Origin: Polyangiales bacterium
GTDB taxonomy: Bacteria; Myxococcota_A; Polyangia; Polyangiales; Houyiibacteriaceae
Length of the DNA: 64,000 nt
Direction: 5' to 3'
Assembly: GCA_045106895.1 (NCBI GenBank)
Contig: JBGCFM010000104.1
Span: forward strand, 1 to 64,000
A model generated the notes under the pieces. That model was not told the DNA's origin and made no database searches. It worked only from the letters and a program-made list of their open reading frames with translations. Positions 21,876 to 34,617 of the stretch are shown here, one piece after another (position 1 is the stretch's first letter; the number at the start of each line of letters is the position of its first letter). Made by a program: the position numbers and the translations under genes.

Positions 21876-23654
21876 CTACTTGGGGTCGCGGAGGGTAACG
21901 CGGGCCACCCACATAGAGAGGGCGGCGCTCACGACGAGCCAGGGTCCAACGAGGACACCAGATGCGAGGGAAGGACAAGCAGCTTCCACGAGGAGCCAGC
22001 CCGCGAGACCGGCGCCCACCGCAGCGACGCCGAGACGACCGAGCTTCTTGTGGTGACCAAGGGCGGCGAGACCGAGGGGCAGCGCGACGCTCAAAGCGAT
22101 GGGCCAGAAAGCGCCGAGAGAGGTCGCGAGGAATCCGAAGGCGCTAAACCCGAGTACGCCGCTGCCGGCGAGGAGACCAGCGCCGAGGGCGAGGCCTAGC
22201 CGGCGACGACGTGTAAAGCCAAACGCGGCGAAGGCGAGAAGCGCGGCGAGGAGACCCTTGGCGCCTTCCTTCTGGGAAGCAGCTACGAGGGCGTCATTTG
22301 CCTGGATCAAGCCGGCGCCGTAGCGCGTGCGGTTGGACTTTGCCTTCGCTGTGCTCTCAAGGATGCGCTCGATGGCGTCGGGGTCCGTGACGCCGCTCGC
22401 GTAGAGGAGCGCCGCAACACCCGCGACATGAGGCGCCGCCATGGAGGTGCCTTGGTAGCCGAGGTAGTCGTGCTGGCCCGGACGCCGTGGGAGCATCGTG
22501 TTCTGCACGACGCCATCCGGAAGGCCATCGCCGTTCTGGTCGACGCGGAGGTCACCGCCAGGAGCGACGATGTCGAGCTTGCGGCCGTGGGATGAGTAGA
22601 AGCTCAGCTCTTCGTCAAAGCGGACGGCGCCAACGGAGAAGGCGTGCGCCGCAGAGCCGGGGAACTGCACGCGGCTGCGCCCGGTGTTGCCAGCAGCGAC
22701 AACGACCAAGACGTCCTTGCTGTGTGCGTAGCGAATCGCGCTGCTGATGGCGGGGGAAGGCGTGGGACCACCGAGGGAGAGGTTGAGGATATTGGCGCCG
22801 TTGTCGACGGCCCAGCGGATGCCCGCAGCGACGTTGCCGTACTTGCCCGCTCCGCGGTCATCGAGGACGCGAATCGGCATGATTCGGGCTGCGGGAGCCA
22901 CGCCTGCAACGCCGAGGCCGTTGTTCGTGGACTGGGCGATGGTCCCCGCCACATGCGTGCCATGGCCGTGTCCATCGTCCGGCGTGTCGTCGCCGTCGAC
23001 GAAGTCGTAACCCGGAACGAAGTTGGTTCCGGCGAGGTCCGGCGCTTGGCGGTGACGGCCGTGGTCGCGGAAGAGCACGCCGGTGTCGATGACGGCGACG
23101 ATGGCGCCTTCGCCTTGGGAGCGACGCCAGGCCTGAGGCATCTGGATCTGGTCGAGGTGCCACTGGTGTTTGTAGTAGGGGTCGTTCGGAATGAAGGGCT
23201 CGGCTCCGTCCATCGGCTCTGCGTCGGACAGGGCGACGGCGTACTCGCTTTCCGGCATGGTGAACGTCGCTTCGATCTCGAAGGCCTCGAGGTCCTCGTC
23301 GAGGAGGGCAGCTTCGACATCTCGAAGCTCGCTCGTAGGAATCGTCAGCCGAAAGAGGTTCGCGTTGTCGTTCAGCTCGTCGCCAAGGGCATCCGACGAT
23401 GAATCGAATGGCAACACCGCTTCGCGCACTTCTTCTTCGATGCGCTCCAGCGTGGAGTCGGAGACGTCGTCGTCCACGTCGACGAGCAAGGTGACGCTCC
23501 GACCGTCGATGCCGCCGGAAAGCGATTCGACCTCCGCCGTGTCGTCGGCTTCTCGGTCCATGCGCACGACCGTCGATTGAACGAGCAGGCCCAGGCCACC
23601 GAGGAGAAGTACGAGGATCGAGAGCCGTTTGGTTCGTCGCATAAACATCAACAT
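21876..23654 (-). CDS. S8 subtilisin-like serine peptidase with C-terminal membrane anchor
   Basis: Catalytic triad motifs AVIDTG, HGTHVAGT and GTSMAAPHVAG; hydrophobic C-terminal helices. Confidence 0.95.
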   Translation of the reverse strand: MLMFMRRTKRLSILVLLLGGLGLLVQSTVVRMDREADDTAEVESLSGGIDGRSVTLLVDVDDDVSDSTLERIEEEVREAVLPFDSSSDALGDELNDNANLFRLTIPTSELRDVEAALLDEDLEAFEIEATFTMPESEYAVALSDAEPMDGAEPFIPNDPYYKHQWHLDQIQMPQAWRRSQGEGAIVAVIDTGVLFRDHGRHRQAPDLAGTNFVPGYDFVDGDDTPDDGHGHGTHVAGTIAQSTNNGLGVAGVAPAARIMPIRVLDDRGAGKYGNVAAGIRWAVDNGANILNLSLGGPTPSPAISSAIRYAHSKDVLVVVAAGNTGRSRVQFPGSAAHAFSVGAVRFDEELSFYSSHGRKLDIVAPGGDLRVDQNGDGLPDGVVQNTMLPRRPGQHDYLGYQGTSMAAPHVAGVAALLYASGVTDPDAIERILESTAKAKSNRTRYGAGLIQANDALVAASQKEGAKGLLAALLAFAAFGFTRRRRLGLALGAGLLAGSGVLGFSAFGFLATSLGAFWPIALSVALPLGLAALGHHKKLGRLGVAAVGAGLAGWLLVEAACPSLASGVLVGPWLVVSAALSMWVARVTLRDPK

Positions 23655-23810
23655 AGGTACGCTTGGCGGCTCTCGCTACATTCCCGTCCAAAACAGGCCT
23701 AAACCAAGGGGTTTTCGGACGAAGCGTCGCCCAACTTGAAGAAGATCGCCGGCGAAACGTCTCTGTCGGGAACTCGCCCCCGGCATGGCGTGGGGATACC
23801 TTCACTCCTC

Positions 23811-24758
23811 GTGAAATCACTCGCACTCACCTTCGCTTTCGTCCTCTGCGCGCACTCCGCCGCCGCGCAGGAGTGTGGGGATGCGGTCTTGAGCGAGGTC
23901 GCCGCCTCCTTGCTCCTCGACCACGGAAACGCCGCCGGAGCACCCAGCCCGGCGCTCCTTGCGGCGGCGTTGCGCGAAGCGGGGTCTTCATTGCCATCGG
24001 CCAAGGTCATCGTTCTCCCGGCGGATGACGATGAGCGTGGACGCGCACGCTGGCTCAACGCGCGCTACAACGAAGCCGATGGGCCCGGGGTCTGCGGCGA
24101 AGCAGTGGGCCAACGGCGCGTGCTTGTGTTCGGTGTCCGCGCCGGAAGTTTGCGGCGCGTGGGCGACGACCTCATCGCCCAGTGGGACAGCGCCTTCGAA
24201 GACGCATACCTCGTCGCCGTCAACGAGAGTGGCGGCGCCCAAGCGCTGGCGATCCCCGAAGACCGGCGCATCGAGATCCCGGAAGGCCTCGTTCGCGCGC
24301 AGCTCATGGCGACGGGGCCCAGCGGACCAAGGCCCGTGGCGGATTGGGGCGCGTCCCGGCTTCCGGAACTTCCCCAAGCGCGCACCAGCGAAGGTCGCCT
24401 CGCACGCCTTCGCGAGGCCTCGGGAGTTGGCGGGCTCCGGCCGAACCGCCTACTCGCCCAAGCCGCGCAGCGTCACGCCCAAGCGGTCTGTCGGGAACAC
24501 CGCGCACGCCATGTCTTCGACTCGTGGCCCGCCGACCGCATGAGGCGCCTTGGACTGCGCGCCCGTCACCTCGGCGAAACCGTGGCACGCGCGTCGTCCG
24601 TCGATGGCGCCCTCGAAGCTCTCGCCCAAAGTCCAAGCCACCGCATGGCGCTTGTGGATCGTCGCTTCACGGACGTCGGTGTGGGCGTCGTTCGAAGCCG
24701 CGGCGAGAGCTGCGTCGTCGTGTTCCTCGCAGCCTGGCCTCAAGCCATCGCCTTCTGA
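23811..24758 (+). CDS. Secreted CAP (SCP-like) domain protein
   Basis: Signal peptide from GTG 23811; LAQAAQRHA, GETVA and SPSHRMALVDRRFTDVGVG. Confidence 0.8.
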   Translation: MKSLALTFAFVLCAHSAAAQECGDAVLSEVAASLLLDHGNAAGAPSPALLAAALREAGSSLPSAKVIVLPADDDERGRARWLNARYNEADGPGVCGEAVGQRRVLVFGVRAGSLRRVGDDLIAQWDSAFEDAYLVAVNESGGAQALAIPEDRRIEIPEGLVRAQLMATGPSGPRPVADWGASRLPELPQARTSEGRLARLREASGVGGLRPNRLLAQAAQRHAQAVCREHRARHVFDSWPADRMRRLGLRARHLGETVARASSVDGALEALAQSPSHRMALVDRRFTDVGVGVVRSRGESCVVVFLAAWPQAIAF

Positions 24759-24866
24759 ACTCACCTTCGACTCCAGCCTGAGACAGATCTCGTTGACCCC
24801 GCTTTGCAAAAGGCCCTGTTGAGCGAGCCCTCGCTCCACCCACATCCTCCTAAAACGTCCGCCGAG

Positions 24867-25883
24867 CTACGCTCCAAACCACTCCAGGGCGAGCTCGTCG
24901 AAGGAGCGACGCGCTGAGCGAGGCGGGAGCCGTTCGAGCCACGCGTGGAGGTTTGCGTATTTGTGAAGCAGCGCCCATGCCATGCAGCGACGCGCCAGGG
25001 CCAGGCCGCGCTCATTCGCGGGCACGCCTAGCCCATCGAGAAACGCACTCCACATGGCGGCGTCACCTTCAGCGAAGAAGAGCCCAGCGGACGCGAGCTC
25101 AAGCTCTGGTGGACCGACGCGGGACGGATCAAAGTCGACGAGACCGGAGAGCGCGAAGCGTCCGGCGACGAGGTCGACGAAGACATGCTCCCGCATAACC
25201 TCCGTGTGGAGCAGGCTGTGCGGAGGAGCCGTCATGAGGCTCGGCAGCGTCTCGTCGAGGAAAGGAGCGATGCGATTCAACCACACGGGCGCGAGTCCGC
25301 GCTTGCTGTGATGTTCAACGCACCCTGCTCTTCGGCGCGCGAGCAACGTAAACCAGTCTTCGTGAAGAAAACGTGGGGTGTCGACGGCGCGTAGCTGAAG
25401 GATGGCCTCGCCTAGGCGGGTCGAGAGCCGCGTGCGATCGGCGGCGCTCAGCTCGTCAAAGCAGCTGCGCATCGGCCGGCCTCGCAAACGTGTCATGACG
25501 AGGTAATGCCAAGCGTCCAGGGCGCCGGCCGCCTTCACTTCGGGCGTCCCGATGGAGAGCGCGCCCTCCACGGCTTCGAGAACAGCGCGCTCGTTGTGGT
25601 GTTCTTCGGCGCAGCTCGGCGGATAGAGTTTGACGACGTATTCGCCCAAGGCGAACACCGGGAGCGAGCCATCCGCGAAGCGTTTCGGCGTTGCGGCGGC
25701 ATGAATGCCCGCGCGCTCGGCCACGAGGTGGAGAGCCGGGCCGTAGTCGGTCTCTGCGTCGATCTTGGCGAAGGCTTCATCACTGAGCGGATTGGGAAGC
25801 AGGTCCTTCAATGGGTCCACAGGCGGTTCGGGGGATCGCACAGGTCGGCGCGCTCGGGCGAGTGGAGACGCATTCGCCACCAA
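24867..25883 (-). CDS. Aminoglycoside phosphotransferase/choline kinase-like protein
   Basis: YVVKLYPP, WHYLVMTRLRG, LLHTEVMREH and GLVDFD. Confidence 0.8.
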   Translation of the reverse strand: MVANASPLARARRPVRSPEPPVDPLKDLLPNPLSDEAFAKIDAETDYGPALHLVAERAGIHAAATPKRFADGSLPVFALGEYVVKLYPPSCAEEHHNERAVLEAVEGALSIGTPEVKAAGALDAWHYLVMTRLRGRPMRSCFDELSAADRTRLSTRLGEAILQLRAVDTPRFLHEDWFTLLARRRAGCVEHHSKRGLAPVWLNRIAPFLDETLPSLMTAPPHSLLHTEVMREHVFVDLVAGRFALSGLVDFDPSRVGPPELELASAGLFFAEGDAAMWSAFLDGLGVPANERGLALARRCMAWALLHKYANLHAWLERLPPRSARRSFDELALEWFGA

Positions 25884-25896
25884 GGGACTTCTTTCC

Positions 25897-27189
25897 TCAG
25901 TCGGCGACGCAAGCGTTCACGACGGTCAATGCGCTACCCGCAGAGCTCGCGACCCACGGAACCTCGTCGACGAGGACGACAGCCGCGAGCTCACCCGCTC
26001 CAACGCGCACGGGGTCGTGGAGGGACATGAGGTCGGGGGTGATGCGTTCAAAGATGAGCGGAGACGCGGAGCTGGAACAGAGCACAGCTTCGCTGCGCAC
26101 GGTCATCGCGTGCCCTGCGCTGGCCCACTCCAGCGCGACGATGCGGCCCTCAACCCGAACGTCACTCGAAGACGCGCCCGTGTCGTCGAGGAAATGGACC
26201 GCCGGCGTTGCGCCGTCCACGGCGAGGAAGAAGCCTTCGTCACGAGCCACCAGGTGGAGCTCGCTCACGAAGCTCGCCGTGGTGATCTCCTGAGCGATGC
26301 CCACAGCCGCTCCCGATGCGTCCAGGAGCTGCGCGAATACGGCGGCGTCCGTCGCGTAGCTGAGCAACCAGCCCGCCGGTGCAGCGGTGATCGCGATAGC
26401 GCGAAGCTCAGAGGCTGCGCCGTACTGCGAGACGCCGGGGTCCGCGACGCCATCGACGACGCGATGAACGAATACGCTCTGACCTTCGCTTGGCTCGTCC
26501 GAGCTTGCGCTCACGAACGCGCTAACGCTCATGGTCCCAGCGCGGGCGACGGCGAGCTCGCCGATGGGATGACTGTGGACGTAGCTCTGTTCCACGGGCT
26601 CGTCCGCGCCCATCATGATTGCGGAATCGAGGAGCTGGAGTTCACTCTCGGCACCGTCCGAGACGTAGGCGATGGAGACCCGAGGGGGATCGGCAGCGGC
26701 GGCGGCGCGGACAACTTGTGTCGCAAACAAAAACGTGGACGCCGTGGAGCCGTCCTCTGTGTCGACGACGAGTGCCTCAAGGACATCGCGTGTCACGTCG
26801 GCGCGCTGACGTACCAGTGTCATGCGCCCATCGAGGGCAGGATGATCCACAAGGGCGAGGGGACGCCCGCTCCCCAAAGCGAGCTCTTCCCCCGCGAGGC
26901 AGTCGCAGGACGGTCCGCCGGTGACTCCGCAGCCCGTAGGTCCCGCGTCGGGACAACTTGCGTCAAAGCCAGCGTCGCCAGGCGAGGCGTCTTGCGATGG
27001 CCCAGAGTCCGGGAGCTGGACGCCGCCATCTGACGACGGGCCAGAATCGGAAGCGCTCGCGTCGAAGCCGCCGCCGGCGTCGGACGCTGCCCCGCCATCG
27101 ATGCTCGGCGCGGCATCCTGCAACGGGTTGCCGGTGCCCGTGGGCAAGCAGGCACAGAACAGAAGCGGAAGAAAAAGCAGTGGTCTCAT
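25897..27189 (-). CDS. Hypothetical lipoprotein, translationally coupled to the TIGR02147 gene
   Basis: MRPLLFLPLLFCAC lipobox, PTGTGNP, DAG-rich linker; ATGA overlap with the upstream stop. Confidence 0.75.
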   Translation of the reverse strand: MRPLLFLPLLFCACLPTGTGNPLQDAAPSIDGGAASDAGGGFDASASDSGPSSDGGVQLPDSGPSQDASPGDAGFDASCPDAGPTGCGVTGGPSCDCLAGEELALGSGRPLALVDHPALDGRMTLVRQRADVTRDVLEALVVDTEDGSTASTFLFATQVVRAAAAADPPRVSIAYVSDGAESELQLLDSAIMMGADEPVEQSYVHSHPIGELAVARAGTMSVSAFVSASSDEPSEGQSVFVHRVVDGVADPGVSQYGAASELRAIAITAAPAGWLLSYATDAAVFAQLLDASGAAVGIAQEITTASFVSELHLVARDEGFFLAVDGATPAVHFLDDTGASSSDVRVEGRIVALEWASAGHAMTVRSEAVLCSSSASPLIFERITPDLMSLHDPVRVGAGELAAVVLVDEVPWVASSAGSALTVVNACVAD

Positions 27190-28034
27190 GAGGGGTCTTT
27201 GATGGCAGAGGAGAGCGGAAAGACTTGGAAGTTCACCTGAACGACCTGGCGAGGAGTTCCTTCGGTGATGAGGTCGTCGACGAGAAGCTCACGTTGAAAG
27301 GCTTGAATGCGGCTGATGAGTCGGTCGAGGCCGCCCTTGTCCACGCAGTACGTAATGGACGAGATGTTTCGTTGCTCCGAAGGGAGTTCATCAATGGATG
27401 CCGCGGCCCGCTTGATCATCTCGTGATGAAAAGCGCCAATGTGAACGCTCGCGGTTTCGGGACCCGTATCGACGATGGCGTCGGTCTGAACGAGGCGACC
27501 GTCTTCATCTCGGCTCAGGAGGTTGAGCTTCTCCAGCGTGCGGAGCGCCGCCTTCGCTTGGGACACCTTGATGCGCGGGCGAACGGTCTTTGCAATCCAC
27601 GCTGGGTCATCGTTGAAGTACGGGCTGGATGCCAACTCTCGGATGACCGGGAGGTACCAGTGCGCGTGATACTCATCCCGCGCCGCGCCGAGGTTCTGCA
27701 CGCGCTGGTATCGTTCGAAGCCGCGAATCTTCTCGAACGCTGCGCGCCGAACATCGGCCTTCTTGGCTTGGTTGAAACGTACGAGATCGCTGAAGTACTG
27801 CAGAGCGTCGTTTTCGAGACCACAAGCGCCGCCGACACGCGGCGCCGTGTCATCGGAGAGGTTGCGAGTCCCATCCATGACGCGCTTCAGAAAGCTCGGC
27901 GACTTGATCCCCGCGCGTCGAGACAGACCGCGATGGCTTAGGTTTCTGTAGGTTTTGCCCCAGGAATAGTGGTCTCGAAGAAACGCGCGATAGTCCAAGT
28001 ACGCGAATACATCGGGTCGGTCGGGACGTGCCAC
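27186..28034 (-). CDS. TIGR02147/DUF4423-family HTH protein
   Basis: VFAYLDYRAFLRDHY, SHRGLSRRAGIKSPSFLKRVMDGTRNLS, WYLPVIRELA and VVQVNFQVFPLS. Confidence 0.9.
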   Translation of the reverse strand: MARPDRPDVFAYLDYRAFLRDHYSWGKTYRNLSHRGLSRRAGIKSPSFLKRVMDGTRNLSDDTAPRVGGACGLENDALQYFSDLVRFNQAKKADVRRAAFEKIRGFERYQRVQNLGAARDEYHAHWYLPVIRELASSPYFNDDPAWIAKTVRPRIKVSQAKAALRTLEKLNLLSRDEDGRLVQTDAIVDTGPETASVHIGAFHHEMIKRAAASIDELPSEQRNISSITYCVDKGGLDRLISRIQAFQRELLVDDLITEGTPRQVVQVNFQVFPLSSAIKDPS

Positions 28035-28276
28035 GTCTCAGGGTGCCGTGCGAGAATCGGCCACGCAAACGCGAAGCGCGCTTTTTCAACCCTGTTAGGT
28101 GAACACTTTCAATCGATTTATCCTTGTAAAAGCAGAACACGAAACGCCCTCCGGGCACACCATAGGCATCGCCTGACGAAGGCCACCGAGGCCACACCCC
28201 GAGAAAAGTCCGCTCCTGCGCAAAAATCGCACACCGTGGGGCTGTTCCCGAACCAGGAATGCCCTACTATTGAAAG

Positions 28277-28578
28277 GAGCCTCTGATTCAGGGTGACTCG
28301 TGAAATAACAAACCCCCGTGAGAAAAACTCACGAGGGTTTGGAAGAAAAGCGGCGGGTCTGCCGTTTGGAAGATAGGTCTCTAGGAAGAGATAAGTTAGG
28401 GCTCTAAGAAGAGATAAGCTCAGACAAGCGAAAGATAAGAAGCCAAGCAAGCGAAATAACTAGGCCAAGCCAAGCGGCTGCAATGAGTGTTCACGCCGGC
28501 AAGCACGAACTCAGAGCGATAAGTACCCAACACTAAAGCAAAGGGAGTGCCAAATCTTGGCGCTCCCTTTCTTTTGTT
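28277..28578 (+). ncRNA. Candidate uncharacterised structured, A-rich repeat-containing sRNA (ends approximate)
   Basis: TACTAT -10-like box at 28265, three 5' hairpins, repeated GATAAG/CAAGC motifs, abundant TAA/TAG codons, strong terminator. Confidence 0.55.
28536..28578 (+). terminator. Intrinsic terminator
   Basis: AAAGGGAGTGCCAA-ATC-TTGGCGCTCCCTTT-CTTTTGTT. Confidence 0.88.
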
Positions 28579-28747
28579 GAAATCACTGCGAAATTCTCGA
28601 TTTACCCAAGACGATCGCTTGAATAAGAGGCGATCGCTGGCAACCCCAGAAGCCACCTCGGTCTGCCAGCATGACACGGATGTCGCGGAGGAGGCGCGGC
28701 TGCACACCAACGGGTTATCTTGGCCTAACTTCGACTATGCTCTGCGC

Positions 28748-29128
28748 ATGCGTGCTGCCCTGCCGGTATTTTGTGCCCTCGTCCTTCTCGCCTGCGGAAC
28801 TCTTCACGACGACCTTGGGCGCGCTGAAACTGGCTACGACGCGGCTCGTTATGACGAGTCCATGGTCTGGCTCAATGCCGTCGAAGAAGACGTCCATGAG
28901 CTGGATGGGCCCGACCGCGCGCGGTTCTACTATCTTCGCGGGATGGCGGCGCTCCGGCTCGAGCGGAGAAACGAAGCCCTGCACTACCTTTCCCTTGCAC
29001 GCGAAGAAGCCGTCGCGAGCGATGGTGCCGGGCTTCGTGATGAATGGGCGGAGACCCTAGGCCCCACTCTCGAGGAGCTCATGCCTCGTGGCGCCACGCA
29101 TAGAGCTTCCGCCGCCGCGGAGGACTAG
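28748..29128 (+). CDS. Small TPR-like lipoprotein
   Basis: LVLLAC lipobox; RFYYLRGMAALRL...EALHYLSLA helical repeat. Confidence 0.8.
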   Translation: MRAALPVFCALVLLACGTLHDDLGRAETGYDAARYDESMVWLNAVEEDVHELDGPDRARFYYLRGMAALRLERRNEALHYLSLAREEAVASDGAGLRDEWAETLGPTLEELMPRGATHRASAAAED

Positions 29129-29129
29129 G

Positions 29130-29474
29130 TTAGGCGGCACGGGCATCGGCTTCGCTGCGAACGAGCCGGACCACATCACGTGTGGGCCCAGCACCGACGC
29201 CCTCATGCATGAGGATCGCGACCAGGTGGCCGACGATCATCGGGCGGTGAAGCTCCCAGCCCGGTTGTGGCGTCCAGAGCGCGAGGAGGCCTTCCAAGGG
29301 AGTCCGCGCGCAGAGGTCTTGGATACGAATGCCCGCCACCAAGTTCCAAAGCGCCGCGTCTTCACGCATTCTCTGGATGAGACGGTAGGCGATCAAGGCG
29401 ACCTGCGCTTCGCCGCCGAGGCGGATGGTGAGGGACGCGCTGCGCGGGGTATAGGCCTTGGGCTTCATTCCCAT
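29130..29474 (-). CDS. Hypothetical protein
   Basis: 114-aa ORF directly downstream of metH that fills the gap. Confidence 0.55.
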   Translation of the reverse strand: MGMKPKAYTPRSASLTIRLGGEAQVALIAYRLIQRMREDAALWNLVAGIRIQDLCARTPLEGLLALWTPQPGWELHRPMIVGHLVAILMHEGVGAGPTRDVVRLVRSEADARAA

Positions 29475-29500
29475 ACAAAACGGCGGAGCCCCCGCGCTTC

Positions 29501-33157
<3,657 letters not shown>

Positions 33158-33258
33158 GTTGGGCCTCTTCTGGAGAGACCGGCCATAGCCCACAAGGCTT
33201 TTTTCGCAATTCGCCGTCCGCCTTGCATGAACGGGCCCGCGGCGACATCTAGGTCCCC

Positions 33259-34581
33259 ATGCGCCAGAACCTCGCCCTCGCCTTTGTCGTCGCCCTCGGG
33301 CTCCTCGGCTCCAGCCCCGCCCAGGCGGAGAGCGGCAAGCTGAACCTGCACCTGGACCTCGGCATCGGTACGCCCATCGCAGGGCCTCTTCGCGTCAACG
33401 ACACGGACTTCTCCCTCGGCGGTTTTGGCTGGCTATCTGCCGACTATCAGCCGTTTTCGCCCTTCTCCGTCGAGCTCATCGCGGGCTTCGGCTACATCGG
33501 AGACGCCTACCAAGCCGGAGATAGCAGCACCCTCTACGGCACCCTCGCCGCCGGCGTTCGCCTCCGCTTCATGGACAATCGTGTCGGATACATGAACGAG
33601 GAAGGCGGCGACGCGCTGGGCAACTTCTGGGTCTCGGTCCACGCGGGATACCACCACCTCGACGGAAGCCAGTTCGGCCTCGACGGCGCCCTTGGCTACG
33701 AGTTCTCCGTCGCAAGCCCGCTTCAGCTCGGCGTCTTTCTGCGCAGCGCCCTCACCTTCGCTGGCAACATCGACGGCGTCGATTCGATCTTAGTGCTCGG
33801 CGTCAACGGCTCCATCGAGCTCCTCGGGCGCACCGCAGAGCTCGACAGTGACGGCGATGGTCTCTCGAACGAGCGCGAGATCAACGAGCACGGCACGGAC
33901 CCGAACCGCGCGGACACGGACGCCGATGGCCTCCCCGACGGCATCGAGGTGAACCACGAAACGAACGCGACGAACCCAGATACGGACGGCGACGGGCTTG
34001 TCGACGGGCGCGAGGACGCGAACGCCAACGGCAGCGTCGATGACGGAGAAACTGACCCCCGCACCGAGGACACCGACGGCGGAGGCGTGAGCGATGGCTA
34101 CGAAGTTCAGAACGGCACGAACGCCCTCTCGCGAGCGGACGATGACCAGGACCTCGACACCGTCCTCAACGACCGTGATCAATGTCCTGGCACCGCCGAA
34201 GGCACAGAGGTCGACGAGCGTGGCTGCGCCGTCATCCGTGCGCAGATGGTCCTTCCAGGCATCACCTTTGCCCTCAACAGCGCCGAGATTCTTCCGGCCT
34301 CTGAGCGAACGCTGAACATCGCGCGACAGATCCTCAGCGACAACCCCGACGCCCGCGTCGAGGTAGGCGGCCATACGGACAACACGGGCGCACGACAGCA
34401 CAACATGCAGCTCTCCCGCGCCCGCGCGGACTCCGTCAAAGCCTGGCTCAGCGGACATGGCATCGAGGCGAGCCGCATGACGACGCGAGGCTACGGTCCC
34501 ACACAGCCCGCGGCGACGAACGAGACCGAAGAAGGTCGCGCACAGAACCGGCGCATCGAGTTCAGTCGCATCGACGAGTAG
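33259..34581 (+). CDS. OmpA-family protein: N-terminal beta-barrel, Ca-binding DxDGDG (TSP3-like) repeats, OmpA_C
   Basis: Signal peptide; DSDGDG/DTDADG/DTDGDG repeats; GHTDNTG and [10 protein letters not shown]. Confidence 0.92.
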   Translation: MRQNLALAFVVALGLLGSSPAQAESGKLNLHLDLGIGTPIAGPLRVNDTDFSLGGFGWLSADYQPFSPFSVELIAGFGYIGDAYQAGDSSTLYGTLAAGVRLRFMDNRVGYMNEEGGDALGNFWVSVHAGYHHLDGSQFGLDGALGYEFSVASPLQLGVFLRSALTFAGNIDGVDSILVLGVNGSIELLGRTAELDSDGDGLSNEREINEHGTDPNRADTDADGLPDGIEVNHETNATNPDTDGDGLVDGREDANANGSVDDGETDPRTEDTDGGGVSDGYEVQNGTNALSRADDDQDLDTVLNDRDQCPGTAEGTEVDERGCAVIRAQMVLPGITFALNSAEILPASERTLNIARQILSDNPDARVEVGGHTDNTGARQHNMQLSRARADSVKAWLSGHGIEASRMTTRGYGPTQPAATNETEEGRAQNRRIEFSRIDE

Positions 34582-34617
34582 TCTTTCGAACGCCGAGACG
34601 TGTAACATAGTCCGCCC

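Noticed and set aside
28118..28450. 110-aa - strand ORF with hydrophobic N-terminus
   Set aside because: The hydrophobicity simply mirrors the A/G-rich + strand; codon usage is atypical and the terminator polarity favours + strand transcription.
28374..28475. Direct repeats as a possible CRISPR array
   Set aside because: The repeats abut without unique spacers, are degenerate, and no cas genes are present.
33158..33258. SAM/SAH/cobalamin riboswitch upstream of metH
   Set aside because: Only ~100 bp shared with a divergent gene, and no riboswitch consensus recognised.
33259..34581. TraB of the TraAB outer-membrane exchange system
   Set aside because: Similar barrel/TSP3/OmpA layout, but the barrel region is short and there is no adjacent traA-like gene.
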